This document shows, piece after piece, positions 1-14,009 of a stretch of DNA of 64,000 nt. The notes beneath the pieces were generated by a model. The model had not been told where the DNA came from. It saw only the letters and a program-made list of their open reading frames with translations, and made no database searches. The stretch lies in NCBI RefSeq assembly GCF_902652985.1, contig NC_047030.1:21824001-21888000 (forward strand), given 5' to 3'. A program made the translations under genes and the position numbers. Position 1 is the stretch's first letter. Every line of letters begins with the position of its first letter. This DNA comes from Pecten maximus. Its lineage: Eukaryota.

Positions 1-1150
1 TTAGACAAGGTCGCAAATACTGATTCGTTTTCAGGACCATTTTTAGACAAGGTCGCCAACTTTGATCCGCTTTCAGGACCATTTTTAGACAAGGTCGCCA
101 AATTTGATCCGTTTTCAGGACCATTTTAAAACAAGGTCGCCAACTTTGATCCGCTTTCAGGACCATTTTTAGACAAGGTCGCCAATTTTGATCCGCTTTC
201 AGGACCATTTTAAAACAAGGTCGCCAATTTTGATCCGCTTTCAGGACCATTTTTAGACAAGGTCGCAAATACTGATTCGTTTTCAGGACCATTTTTAGAC
301 AAGGTCGCAAATACTGATTCGTTTTCAGGACCATTTTTAGACAAGGTCGCCAATTTGGATCCGCTTTCAGGACCATTTTTAGACAAGGTCGCCAATTTGG
401 ATCCGCTTTCAGGACCATTTTTAGACAAGGTCGCCAATTTGGATCCGCTTTCAGGACCATTTTTAGACAAGGTCGCCAATTTTGATCCTCTTTCAGGACG
501 ATTTTTAGACAAGGTCGACAATTTGGATCTGCTTTTAGGACCATTTTGAGACAAGGTCGCCAATTTTGATCCGCTTTCAGGACCATTTTTAGACAACGTC
601 GCCAATTTTGATCCGCTTTCAGGACCATTTTTAGACAAGGTCGCCAATTTGGATCCTCTTTCAGGACGATTTTTAGACAAGGTCGACAATTTGGATCTGC
701 TTTTAGGACCATTTTGAGACAAGGTCGCCAATTTTGATCTGCTTTCAGGACCATTTTTAGACAACGTCGCCAATTTGGATCCGCTTTCAGGACCATTTTT
801 TAGACAAGGTCGCCAACTTTGATCCGCTTTCAAGACCATTTTTAGACATGGTCGACAATTTGGATCATATTTAGATAAACTCGACAGTTTGGATCCGCTT
901 TTAGGACATTTTTGAGACAAGGTCGACAATTTGGATCCGCTTTTAAGACCTTTCTGAGGCAGGGTCGAAGATATGGATCCGCTTTTAGGACCGTTTGCAG
1001 AAAAGGTCGACAATTTGAATCCGCTTTTAGGACCACTTTGACAAAGTTGACAATTTAGATATGCTTCTAGGACCATTTTTAGACAATATTGAAAATTTGA
1101 TTATGTTTAAAGACCATTTTGAGATAAGGTCGACAATTTGGTTTCGTTTT
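1..1150. repeat. 42-bp tandem repeat (TTAGACAAGGTCGCCAATTTTGATCCGCTTTCAGGACCATTT), degenerating rightwards; runs off the window start
   Basis: Unit recurs at 1, 43, ...; accounts for the 14-aa periodic ORFs 210..1076(-) and 355..549(+). Confidence 0.95.
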
Positions 1151-2260
1151 AAACACCATGTTTTGGCAAGGCCGATAATTTAATTGGTCAAGGTTAGTAA
1201 TTTATATCTATAATATTATATATTTTTGTTCAAAATGTTAACCCTAGACTAGTTTGACGGATTACACATTCCTGTTACATGTATCTTTAACAAATAAAAT
1301 GTACGATATTGGGAGCAAATATTAGATGAAATTTTCAAACGGATAAATCCTCGCGATGGGAGGATTATTAAACGGAAAAGGTATAACGATATGGTAGCAG
1401 TGTACAGTAAAAATGCCAAATTCTGAAAAATATGGCACATGCTTTAGATATGTAAACATTGCCAGTTAACCTTACATATAACCTCTAATAAAGTATATAT
1501 ATTTGAAATCTGTACAACATTTGCAATTTTAATAGAGCTCTGAAGGATAAGTAAACTGATATTTTCTGTGATTTTTAGAGCTGTGAATACCATGGTAACA
1601 GCTTAAAAAATTCTCAAAAATTGCAAAATATTATGATATTTGACCCAAAATGGCACAATTCTCTACACAATTTTTTTTCTGAAACCTATTTAAAATTAGA
1701 TATCTCTATCCCAAAGACAGAATTAATCTTGTTTGGACATATGTTGTAAATTAAGTTTTTCCGCTATCTTACCTTTTCTGTGGGCTTCCATTTTGCGCTG
1801 TAGGCGAAACTAAATTTCCTGTGTAAACACACGTTCGGAAAATCCGGATATTTAAAATCCGGAACCAATTTATTGATTTTTGTTTTAATAAATGTGAAGC
1901 CTGTATGTACTACTTCATACTGGATATACCAATTATAGTGTACATTTATTTTTTCATTTTTTATACATATCATAATACAGGAGTTATTTGCTTAACAAAA
2001 AAATTGCCCATGGCCAGGCTGTCTTACTGTGGTGTGCTACCTATAGCATCAATTCTGTAATGACACACGACTTAAGGGATAAGTTCCACGTGCGTGAAAA
2101 TCAATTGGAGTAGCGCTGTAATTATCCGTAATTATCACAATAAGCCTGGTGAGGACTATCTAATGGGAGGACTTACCTCACAGTTGTCATAGTTACTATA
2201 GCTATATACCGACATGATGACTATAACACACTCCAGAATAACCTCAAGGACGGGGAAAAC

Positions 2261-5200
2261 ATGACGCATTTTGGTGAGTACATTAAGTTTCAATTTTATA
2301 ATTAATGAATTTAATCATCAGTCATTGATATTGTCATTCGATCGGACGGCAACGCGAAAAACGTAAATTATTGAAATAAAAATGTATATCAGGTATAAGC
2401 AAAATAGCAAAGGATAGCTATTACATATCAAATTATTCAGTAAATGTTTTAGTTGTTAGAATTTTTGATTGATTTGTTTCAGTAATATATGCGATGTTGT
2501 CTTGTAATCCTTGGCATTTGCTCTCGTTTACAAATGCATATTTATATTTTTTTCACATTGATATACACATAAATATTAATTTAAATTCAGCGAATTTTGT
2601 TAAAAACAACAGGATATAATCGTGCGCGAGCAGTTTCATCAGGAGTATTTATACTAATCTCTGGTAGCATTAGTTACGTTGTTGAAAAATCTAGAATGAC
2701 TTCATGCCATGGCCATTTTTATTTGTCGATAATTCCACTTAAAATGTGATTTTGTCACGGGTATTTTTGGTTTTGTCGGTAATATTACCAAATTATCAGA
2801 TCATTATCAAAATTACTACTACGCTAATCAGTACGGCAAGGTTGTGGTGAAAAGGTCGATATTATCAAGGAAGTTAGTCTCCATTCCTGAAAAGACAAAT
2901 ACCTCGGAGAGCAACATCATTTTATCATCATTCGTTTCCAACAAAGGCTCTTGAGTGTCAGGAAACGTTTCCACCAAAGGCTCTCCCTAACAATAAACTA
3001 ATTACAACTTTTATGATATGTATACAATGCTTGTGTAGTGAACTGTGAGGTTGGTTGGGGACTCGCTGATTTACATTCCAGATATTATAGTAAGGCAATG
3101 AAAATAAACACGTCTTTCCTGTTCCAAATCTTTCTGTATTCTAACAATTATAATTTTTTATCACAAGAGATTTACAAAAGGGGGAATAACTCCGATACAT
3201 ACTGGAGTTTTATTATCTCCCTTAAACTGTAATGTGTAATCTCCTCACACCCATATAACTATATACATAACACTTGTTTTTTACTTATTGTATTTTGAAC
3301 ATTGTAATGAGAATTCGTGGCAATAAAATATTTTTACCAAGTAAAAGAAACATAAATTGAATTAAGCTGAAATTACGTATAGGTACATTTTGTAGTTAAA
3401 TGTTTCTTTTGAACACCAGATATAAGTTATTTTTTAGACAGTAGTTACAAAATAAATGTTCTTTTAAAAACAAATTCCTTTGTGTATTCCTCAATGTTTT
3501 GGGGTGACAAATTCAATTCTTTAACATTCATTTTTGGATTTCAGCATTTTAGATAAGAGAATTATCAAATATTAACATTTTTAAATCAGATATTAAAATT
3601 AGAAAGATGATTCCGGGACAAGTTTAAATGAAATATGACAAAAGCGATCAATGGCTTTTGCATCCGTCTATCGCGGAAGCTAAAATTAGTTCAGATGTGG
3701 ACGTACATTTTCCGACTATATTGAGTTTTCTTCATTACTACTATGTATCAATACTTTAGGTCCATAGCATCACTGACCAGTCATAGAAGGATGAAGAAGC
3801 CGTATGATGTAGTTAAGTTAATTTTTGGCTTTATTGAATCTAATTCTCAATTAGTATTCTAATGTATTGGTGTCTTGCGCGTATTGTGTACAGTCCCTAG
3901 TGCCTTGTCTGGGGGCCGCGATAGCTCAGTCGACTAGTGTAAAATTCCTTTTTAATATGTCAATTTTACTTTATTTCATATGGTATTGATTGACTACCTG
4001 ATCCGTACACAACGCACAGCGCGCCAATGGACCATGACGATCTATATTGGTACTTTGGAAATCACTCGGGTCACGTGATATTTTACCAGTATTCTTAGCC
4101 CAGACTATCGCTGTACGTGGCCTAGGTCACGATAAACGGAAACGACCATACTTCTTTGCTCATCAAACCTAGGTAGCTTTACACATGTGTTTGTAGTCAA
4201 AAGATTTACAAATGGTACCTTTTTGAATAGAAAGTATAAATATTATCATCTATATATACATAGTTCATACCGATTAATGACCATATAACTGTATCAAATG
4301 GCTGTTTCGTGGCACAAACTGTGTGGCAGGCAAGTTGATCCCGTCATTTCAGAGAGTTACAGCTCATTAAATTTATACTACCTGCGCGTGACTTTATAGA
4401 ATCTGCGCGTGACTTTATATTACCCGTGAAGAATCAGAATAAAGAAAAAACACAGCTGGGTGATTGGCCAATCAAATGCTTTAGATTTTCTTTTGGAGTA
4501 TGACATATATGGATCTAACATTCATTAGTTATAACATTGTGTGAATGATAATATAAAGTGCCATACAGAAACGTAGTATCTAATACATATAATATAGATT
4601 TTTATCATCTTTCCTTAATATTACTTTAATAAAACAGGCAATAAATCTTATTATAAATTCCTGTTATATGATCGAAGAGACGAATTGTTGTGTTTCTGGT
4701 TATCATAATGAAAATTTGTTGAAATATTTTCCTACGAAAATGGTGTTAATGACGTCTAGGCGTTGGTCCTATTTATAAAACGGAGTTAGAACTCGTGTTG
4801 TATTGTCACGTGGTCGCATCCGAATTTTTTGATAACGAATATAAAATGTTGTTCTTATAAACATTGATGTGGCCTGTTACAGCATCACATGTTTGTCCCT
4901 GTAAACATTGGAGTGGTATGTTACAGCATCACATGTTTGTCCCTGTAAACATTGGAGTGGTATGTTACAGCATCACATGTTTGTTCCTGTAAACATTGGA
5001 GTGGTATGTTACAGCCTCACTTTTTGTCCCTGTAAACATTGGTGTGGCATGTTACAGCATCACATGTTTGTTCCTGTAAACATTGGTGTGGTATGTTACA
5101 GCCTCACTTTTTGTCCCTGTAAACATTGGAGTGGTCTGTTACAGCATCACATGTTTGTCCCTGTAAACATTGGAGTGGTCTGTTACAGCATCACATGTTT

Positions 5201-8200
5201 GTCCCTGTAAACATTGGAGTGGTCTGTTACAGCATCACATGTTTGTCCCTGTAAACATTGGAGTGGTCTGTTACAGCATCACATGTTTGTCCCTGTAAAC
5301 ATTGGAGTGGTATGTTACAGCATCACATGTTTGTCCCTGTAAACATTGGAGTGGTATGTTACAGCATCACATGTTTGTCCCTGTAAACATTGATGTGGCG
5401 TGTTACAGCATCACATGTTTGTCCCTGTAAACATTGATGTGGTGTGTTACAGCATCACATGTTTGTCCCTGTAAACATTGGAGTGGTATGTTACAGCATC
5501 ACATGTTTGTCCCTGTAAACATTGGAGTGGTATGTTACAGCATCACATGTTTGTGTCCCTGTAAACATTGGAGTGGTATGTTACAGCATCACATGTTTGT
5601 CCCTGTAAACATTGATGTGGCGTGTTACAGCATCACATGTTTGTCCCTGTAAACATTGGAGTGGTATGTTACAGCATCACATGTTTGTCCCTGTAAACAT
5701 TGGAGTGGTATGTTACAGCATCACATGTTTGTCCCTGTAAACATTGGAGTGGTATGTTACAGCATCACATGTTTGTCCCTGTAAACATTGGAGTGGTATG
5801 TTACAGCATCACATGTTTGTCCCTGTAAACATTGGAGTGGTATGTTACAGCATCACATGTTTGTCCCTGTAAATATTGGAGTGGTATGTTACAGCATCAC
5901 ATGTTTGTCCCTGTAAATATTGGAGTGGTATGTTACAGCATCACATGTTTGTCCCTGTAAACATTGGAGTGGTATGTTACAGCATCACATGTTTGTCCCT
6001 GTAAACATTGGAGTGGTATGTTACAGCATCACATGTTTGTCCCTGTAAACATTGGAGTGGTATGTTACAGCATCACATGTTTGTCCCTGTAAACATTGAT
6101 GTGGCGTGTTACAGCATCACATGTTTGTCCCTGTAAACATTGGAGTGGTATGTTACAGCATCACATGTTTGTCCCTGTAAACATTGGAGTGGTATGTTAC
6201 AGCATCACATGTTTGTCCCTGTAAACATTGGTGTGGCGTGTTACAGCATCACATGTTTGTCCCTGTAAACATTGGAGTGGTATGTTACAGCATCACATGT
6301 TTGTCCCTGTAAACATTGGAGTGGTATGTTACAGCATCACATGTTTGTCCCTGTAAATATTGGAGTGGTATGTTACAGCATCACATGTTTGTCCCTGTAA
6401 ACATTGGAGTGGTCTGTTACAGCATCACATGTTTGTCCCTGTAAACATTGGAGTGGTATGTTACAGCATCACATGTTTGTCCCTGTAAACATTGGAGTTG
6501 TATGTTACAGCATCACATGTTTGTCCCTGTAAACATTGGAGTGGTATGTTACAGCATCACATGTTTGTCCCTGTAAACATTGGAGTGGTATGTTACAGCA
6601 TCACATGTTTGTCCCTGTAAACATTGGAGTGGTATGTTACAGTATCACATGTTTGTCCCTGTAAACATTGGAGTGGTCTGTTACAGCATCCCATGTTTGT
6701 CCCTGTAAAATTGGTGGTATGTTACAGCCTCACTTTTTGTCCTTGTAAACATTGGAGTGGTCTGTTACAGCATCACATGTTTGTCCCTGTAAACATTGGA
6801 GTGGTCTGTTACAGCATCACATGTTTGTCCCTGTAAACATTGGAGTGGTCTGTTACAGCATCATATGTTTGTCCCTGTAAACATTGGAGTGGTCTGTTAC
6901 AGCATCACATGTTTGTCCCTGTAAACATTGGAGTGGTATGTTACAGCATCACATGTTTGTTCCTGTAAACATTGGTGTGGCATGTTACAGAATCAAATAT
7001 TTGTCCCTGTAAAATTGGTGTGTTATATTACAACCTCACTTTTTTGCCCCTGTAATTATTTATGTTACAGCATTACAGGTAAATCCCTGTTAACATTTGT
7101 TTTACAGCAATACCCCGACATAGTGGTGTCCTTCAGGAACTTTACGACATTCACTGTAATAACATTCGCTCCCTCCACAACGGAAGTGTAACCGATAGTG
7201 AGGCAAACACTGATCTGAAGTTCACGCTTAAGGCTCTCGAGTCCCAATCTATCTCAGGTATGTATTGTGACCAATAACAAATATCTGTCGGAACAGTACA
7301 AATCTAAATTTTGTGCTTTTATCATCAAGGGCCAGAACTATCGGTATATCATTATCTGATTTAGAAATAATATCCATAATAACATTCTTACAAATTCAGA
7401 GATTGAGTAAGTTTTACTACTCTGAAACAATTTTAGAGAGTTATTTACTTTTGATGAAATCTCACAAGATAAATTGTGTAAAAGAGTTTGGGGGTACGTC
7501 TAAGGTATGCTAGCTACTGATTGCATCGGAGTATAACAATATGACAAAAGACAATACAGATTTGTTCCATCTGTTTGATCTGACGCTTTGTACTCTTTCG
7601 ACAGGCGAGACGTCCGAACAGATGAAGACGATGCTGAAGATGAAGCGCACACGACTGAGACAATTGGTGGTGGCTGTGTGTATATACAGTTTGCTACTGA
7701 GTCTGTGTCTGTACCATGTAGTCAGCGTCTATCAGCAGCCACATGTCCTAGAACAGGTAAGGATACACCGACAGGTTTTCTATGCCGTGCATGTCGACAC
7801 ACAATGACTCTTCCCAGCGCAACTAAGCGTGAGTTACAGAGCACTCGCTTAAGTAAAGGTTTGCTGTCCCCAAGAAGGCACAGTGGGTTTCTCTTTTGGT
7901 GTTCTCACGTCGTGCCGCTTGAAATTAAGAAAGCGACATTTTGAATGGGCTGCTTAACGACATTTCGTTACCAGGCAACGTTTGCTCGTATAACTGTTAT
8001 CAAATGAGCATTTTATGACAAACTGTTGCAATGTATATTGCAGAAAAGCAGCAAAATAACACATTTTTTACATTCGCTTCGATTGGATCTGAACCGGAGA
8101 ACCGGCGGATTTCAATGCGGTGAAGAAAAAGGACCGTCGTGATTGGTCAAAAATATTTTAAAACGTTATTTCTAGTTGCTCTTTCTGATATTTCACTGAT

Positions 8201-11200
8201 AAAAAAAACCCAATAAAACATCTTCTGTTCCAGTTTTATTTTTTTTATTTTGCAGAGATGTCATTATTTGGAAGATATATCACTGCTTAGACACGTTTTG
8301 ATGAACATCCAGATGGAACTTCGGGCAACCATTATAAATCAATCCTATCATGAATTCCGTCTGAAGGTCGACCGGGCGATATCCAAACTCGGGCATGATT
8401 TTGAGAATCCATCATTTATTCTAGGAACACTTATCAAAACTCGAGTACGATTTGTTCATGTCCTGTCTGAGATAAGACTTGAGGCGGACACATGGCAAAA
8501 TTTTCCCGGTCTTTGTCCCAAAATATAAATTATTGACGCATTTCATATATGATAATCTGATAGAGGTGGCGCGCCAGAGTCATTTTACAACAGATGTGTC
8601 TATCAAAGGAATTGACAAAGCCTTAGAAGTGTTGACAATGCTTCAGGAAGTTGATATCTACAACAAGTTAGACTGTTCTATAGCGATCAGTAGCAACGAA
8701 ACCAGTCTTCGTAGCACTTACAATAACGCCATAATGCAGGGCATCAACAACATTAGGGCGCACAATATAGTGCTGGGTTTTCGTGGTGTGAAAGTTATAA
8801 CACCACAGGAATGGAATTTTCTGTTTTCACTCGGACAAAACACAAGAATATTTCCAAACAAGGACTTAGTCGACATGCACGAAAACAGTTCTCAAAATTT
8901 TATGACTTGTAAAGAAATAGAGTTTGAGCTGACAAGCATTATTAATAATGTTATGGCGTTGTCAGAAGGTTTGTTTTCTAGTCTGACCAACAGGATAAAC
9001 GAGGAACACAGCGACGCGATTAAGAAAATCGTAATATACACCATGTTATTCCTATCATGCGTTGTACTCTTCGGTATCGTTTGTGTCCTGCACCATTTCA
9101 CAGTGAACAGGTTATTGGCGCTGGGGGTCGTCGAGGACAGACTGAATAAACAATTGATGGAAGAGCAAGATAGAATATCTGTCATTTTGCTGGATGTGGT
9201 ACCCCCGGAGTACATACAATTGGTAATGAATGGAACCGATAAAGTATGCACAAGCGTAAAACGTAAAATACAAGACAAAAACAATAAAAACAGCAATAAA
9301 ATCAGTTTGAAAAGTTCTTTCGAATCTCTGGTCAAAACATTAAAAAAAAGCTCTGTGCAACCTACAATATCAACTATCTCAACCGAAGATGAAAAACACA
9401 CTAAACGGTACGACGGTGTTCCAATCAACGTACCCATTCTCAAGTGTGTCAAGCCTGATGTGACATTCGGGACGCTTGACAGTGCCACGCTGTTTATGTG
9501 TGACTTTATACATCTAAACGACCTGGTGGCCGTATACGAACCTGATCAACTAATCAATCTGGTCACATGTCTCATCCAGATCCTGGAGGAGCGGACCAAG
9601 CTTTACGATGTCCACGTTCTGTGTAAAAACATAAACATGTTCTCCGTCATTTCCGGTAAGTGACTGTATTACTTCCGGTACGTTATTGTGATCTATTTGT
9701 TTTTTCTTCCGGATACTATATAAAATTATAAGCACACACTTTATATATATGTTTTCAAATTCCAATAAATAATTATGTGATAACATGATTTGCGATTAGC
9801 CAATCAATTTGGATATTCCTATAAGTAATCTTTCTCTTGAATGTTTTTCGAGATGTACATGTATGCGACGCACCGGTGTTCAAGATGAAGCGCATGGTTT
9901 GATATGTATGTGGCGTGACAGTGTTCAAGATGTGTCTGGCGAACAGGTGTTCGAGACGAAGCGCATGGTTCAAGATGTATGTGGCGCACCAGTGTTTGAG
10001 GCTCGAGATGTGTGTGGCGCACCAGTGTTTGAGATATATGCCATATACTTGTGCTCGTGGACTGTGTTAGAGATAGGGAATACGTGATTATCATATATTT
10101 GCCTTTTCCTAATTAAAATCTTATTCCAGGAGCACAATCCCAGCATGCACTTCGACATGTATCCGAGATAGCTAATATGGCGCTGGACATCCGGGCTTCG
10201 TGCAGTGATCTGGAGATAGACGCACTTCCGGATTCAAAACTACGTATGCGTATAAGCATACACGTGTGTACGTTCAACCAAATATTTTTCTTATTGTGGT
10301 TGTTAACAATTTGCATATTAACGTCTATTAACAAGATAATGCAGAAAATACGTGATAGCCTTGTCGTCTTTTTGTGTAATTAGTATAAATATAGATAACA
10401 GATGTAGGAGGGTTGATAAAAGTTTTACCGAAACATAAAATACTGCTTTATGAAGTATTTTTATGTAGTCATTAAATCCAAGATGTCAATAGACTGCTGT
10501 TTCTATTTTTAGCCGATTGTTTGTATAAATTGTCGTCACATCCGGAGCCTCGTTTTCACATATACGGAGAACTTGTGGATATGACCAGACAACTACAGAA
10601 GAACTGCACCGGTAAGTATGATGAACATATATGTTTTTGATATAGATACGAGTGTTGATGAGTAATAACCATCAAGGAGGCAACCGGAATCTGACATTTT
10701 TGTATGTTAGTGTACTGTATTTAGTAACTTGTTTCGTCCTTCACCGGAAGTGTTTTTTATGTTTAGTTGGGAGGGATATAATAGGTAAACAGTACTCACG
10801 TGTTTGACGACTCTCTCAAATTATTTAACTATCACAAGCCAAGTTATTTCCCCCATACAAATAACATGTTAACGGGTATCACGAGGGGAGATAACTCTAG
10901 TACCTGTTAAATTTGCATCATCAAAGTAAGATAGTTATCGTGCATGCTTGCATAATCTCTAGGAAGATTACCTCAGCGACAACAAAATGATGAATCAAAG
11001 AAGATTATGTTGTCTCAGTTTACACTAAATCTACTGGACAGTTCCATGTTGGTGACATGACGTCCAAATGGATGCACAGTTTAAAGAAATCCAGGGCAAT
11101 AAACTAAATCTACTGGACAGTTCCATGTTGGTGACACGACGTCCAAATGGATGCACAGATCAAAGAAATCCAGGACAAATATTAATTTCTTTGATAACCA

Positions 11201-14009
11201 AGCAAACTCGGGTCGTATTTCAAACACGAAATGTAATAGTGCAGACTGCGATCACATTAATGGGGTCTGCCGACATAAAGTATTACTTAAATATTAAATC
11301 GTTGTACGAAATTTGAACTTCGATGTCAAAAAAGCATACTTGGTTTGGATTTTTCGGCATAGCCGTATAGTATTCTTTTGGCCCAGGATATGACGCGACA
11401 GGTGGCGTTACTGGTCAAGATGAAGTATGTGATTGGTCAATGTAGCAGTAAATGCGAAATGCAGATTTGCAGTTAAAACGTAACAAAGTTAAAGTCTTTT
11501 CAAATGACACATAATGAAATTATATTCCTGATTCAAATGCAGTCTTATTATCACCAAAAATGATTCAAACTGATTTGTTATCATTGCTGAAACGCATTAG
11601 TTCGTTAATTTGTTTCACCAGCAGTTTTATATTATAACCACCAGCATTAAAACTATGCCGTTTATCTTTTTAAAAGATATTTCTTGTTTTTTTGTCTTTA
11701 TTGTTGTTTTCGTTTTTTGTTTTTAACATGTATTCAAGTTTCCAATTATGTTCCCCATTATTTGTTACACAGCAAACAGAATCCACATTAGCGAGGACGT
11801 TGGAACAATACTGCGACAGGAGCATCAGTACCAAATCGAGCGAAGAGGAATGATGATATGTACGGTAAGAGTCGCACCATACAGGCAGACATTCCGTCAG
11901 TCTCATACAAACATTTTCTTATTTTCGCTATTTCTCTGGAATTAAGTAGTGGATATAGGGGGGGGGGGGGGGGGGGGGGGGGGAGTGATGATGCTTAAAG
12001 TACATGCTCATTAATGGGTCTAGCTTAGCTTGCTTAAGTTTGAACATAATCAATAATAAGCCTGGTTGGGCTTGCAAAAATTTGAACATGGTCATTAATT
12101 ACTGTGCTTGTCAAATTTATTTTCTATCTGGTTATCAATCAATATCTAAGTTGCTCATTGGACGTTCCCTCTGTCTCTTAGAGATCGTATTGAAACTTTA
12201 TGAATATGTTCAGATTGTTTTAACTGATCGAGATATTTAAGATGACGTCATGTTTTATTTAGACAGATAGAGCTCGTTATCAGTATTTCTCCTCATGAGC
12301 TAGTGATGATTTTTACTTGACTTAAAGCCTCTCTGTGTTTTTGCAACATATATATTATGTTAAAATACAAAGATGAGATAAATGATAAAATACATATCCT
12401 AAATGTGAGAATCAAGACCGTAGTTCTTCACAACTGAAATTTAAACTGAGAAACTACCAACTGATTACAAGGAATCTCCAACTCGGTGCTCCACTCTCTA
12501 TATGTAAATGAGCCGCGGATAATATGTCGTGTAGGCATGCGCAAATTAGTTTGTTTTGAAAATGGCGGACTGGCGGCCACAAAAACCACGCACCAGAAGA
12601 CCAAGGTCGATTAGACATACTTGTAGCTGCCATGAAGGAAAAGGAAAGTGTTGGGGAAAACTACAACATCATCTACGGCTTACAGAGTCAATGTTAGTCT
12701 GTTAGACAAAAAAAAATAAGATAGGTTATACGTGAAAAGCCACCATGAAATGGCAGTGGAACTTTTCGGCATTGGATAAACAAACCCATGTTTTCCTGTT
12801 TATCATACGGGGATGTAACTCGATTCACGTTGTATTTCTAGATGTTTATTACATATTATACATGTACTTATTAATTTCTGACGTAACTGATCATATTTGA
12901 AGGTAATATCATACAGATAATGTCATAAGGGATAATGATGTTTAGCTTGATAAAGTTTCATATCTATAAACCAAAACATAGAGAGGCTTAAAGGCACATG
13001 TTCGATGTTGATTCTAGTTATACATGTACGTGCTCCATTTTGAACTCAGATATTCAAGATGACCATCAGCTGATGCTGGGATTTTATGTTTGAATTTTCT
13101 TTCTTCTGCTGATCAAGAAGTACTGAAATGATGTATATGATAAAGAGACTTGTGAAGAAAATATCTGTTTATGCCGGAATAAGGGTTATTCCGGCATATT
13201 TATTCCGGCATTATTATCTTTTATATAGATGGTTCTTCTTGTGACATTTTGCTATACTAGACAATAGGTTGAACAGCATCTTTTCTTTAAAGCATCAATT
13301 TTAAAAACATCCTACTTACTTTGTAACAAGCTTATGTTAGTTAAAGATGAAAAAAAACCTCAAACTTAAAAAAAAAAACTATAATCAAAGTAAGAATGAA
13401 AAAAAAATAGAATAAAAATTAATTAATTGATAAAATAAAATGAATAAATACAAATAATATAAAATAAATAAAGAAAGAAAGAAATTAATTAATTAATATA
13501 AATAAAATAAAATCATCAGTTGTAGACGCCAAGATCCGCCCCCTCTTCTCTCCTAACATGAAATTACATGTACATTGCTTCACAAGTAAAATGTGTGTTC
13601 TCAAATTGGCAAATCTTATTCACTTCAACGACAGGATATAGTTTTATCATACATCGCCGCGCCCTTCATACAGCATTGTTTTGATAAGTTTTTCTGGCAG
13701 AAGGTAGGTACTTGTAATTCTTCTAATATGTATTTTTTCCTCTCGCAGGATGGTAGGTATTTGTCTACGCAGTGGTTGCTTGGCCGGCGAGTATCTGTAT
13801 GTAACCCCAACCATCACGATTTCCGAGGTAAAAACTCTATGCCCATTCAGCTTGCGGAGAAAGCGATCTACATATTCGACAAGGAGAAGGTCAAATACAT
13901 CTCCCCATACTGGATGACTCCTTCAGGCCAGTTCAACGAGTCAATATCGATGAGTGAATCGTCCTATTCTGATTCTGATGGTAGCTTTAATGATAGTCAA
14001 CACGAATAG
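2261..14009 (+). CDS. Membrane guanylate cyclase-like protein (NIT-GC-like architecture), catalytically degenerate; one internal frameshift
   Basis: Phase-compatible GT-AG exons: 2261-2273 (tentative, ATG ACG CAT TTT G|gtgagt), 7108-7257, 7605-7756 (TM1 LVVAVCIYSLLLSLCLYHVV), 8256-9655 (NIT-like helical region, TM2 IVIYTMLFLSCVVLFGIVCVL, signalling helix LMEEQDRISVILLDVVPP, cyclase start DSATLFMCD), 10130-10267 (RHVSEIANMALDI...LRMRISIH), 10513-10611 (PRFHIYGELVD), 11773-11864 (NRIHISED...IERRG), 13749-14009 (TQWLLG). Motif order matches class III nucleotide cyclases. A +1 shift is needed between 8476 and 8525. Confidence 0.85.
4855..7075. repeat. 44-bp tandem repeat (AAACATTGGAGTGGTATGTTACAGCATCACATGTTTGTCCCTGT), ~50 copies, upstream of the 7108 exon (intron 1 if the 2261 exon is real)
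   Basis: Period 44 (4861 to 4905); very homogeneous core. Confidence 0.97.
11351..11690. mobile_element. Dispersed non-autonomous repeat, copy 1 (second copy at ~32753-33130)
   Basis: TTTTCGGCATAGCCGTAT...GTTACTGGTCAAGATGAAGTATGTGATTGGTCAATGTAGC...AAAACTATGCCGTTTATCTTTTT is shared in direct orientation. Confidence 0.8.

Noticed and set aside
210-1076. 288-aa periodic ORF
   Set aside because: Translation of the 42-bp repeat; no splice or domain evidence.
4855-7075. CRISPR-like appearance of regular repeats (also 31752-32757 and 53830-54590)
   Set aside because: Head-to-tail units without unique spacers, no cas genes, eukaryotic context.
11958-11983. Poly-G run as a regulatory G-quadruplex
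   Set aside because: Simple intronic homopolymer of unreliable length; no supporting context.
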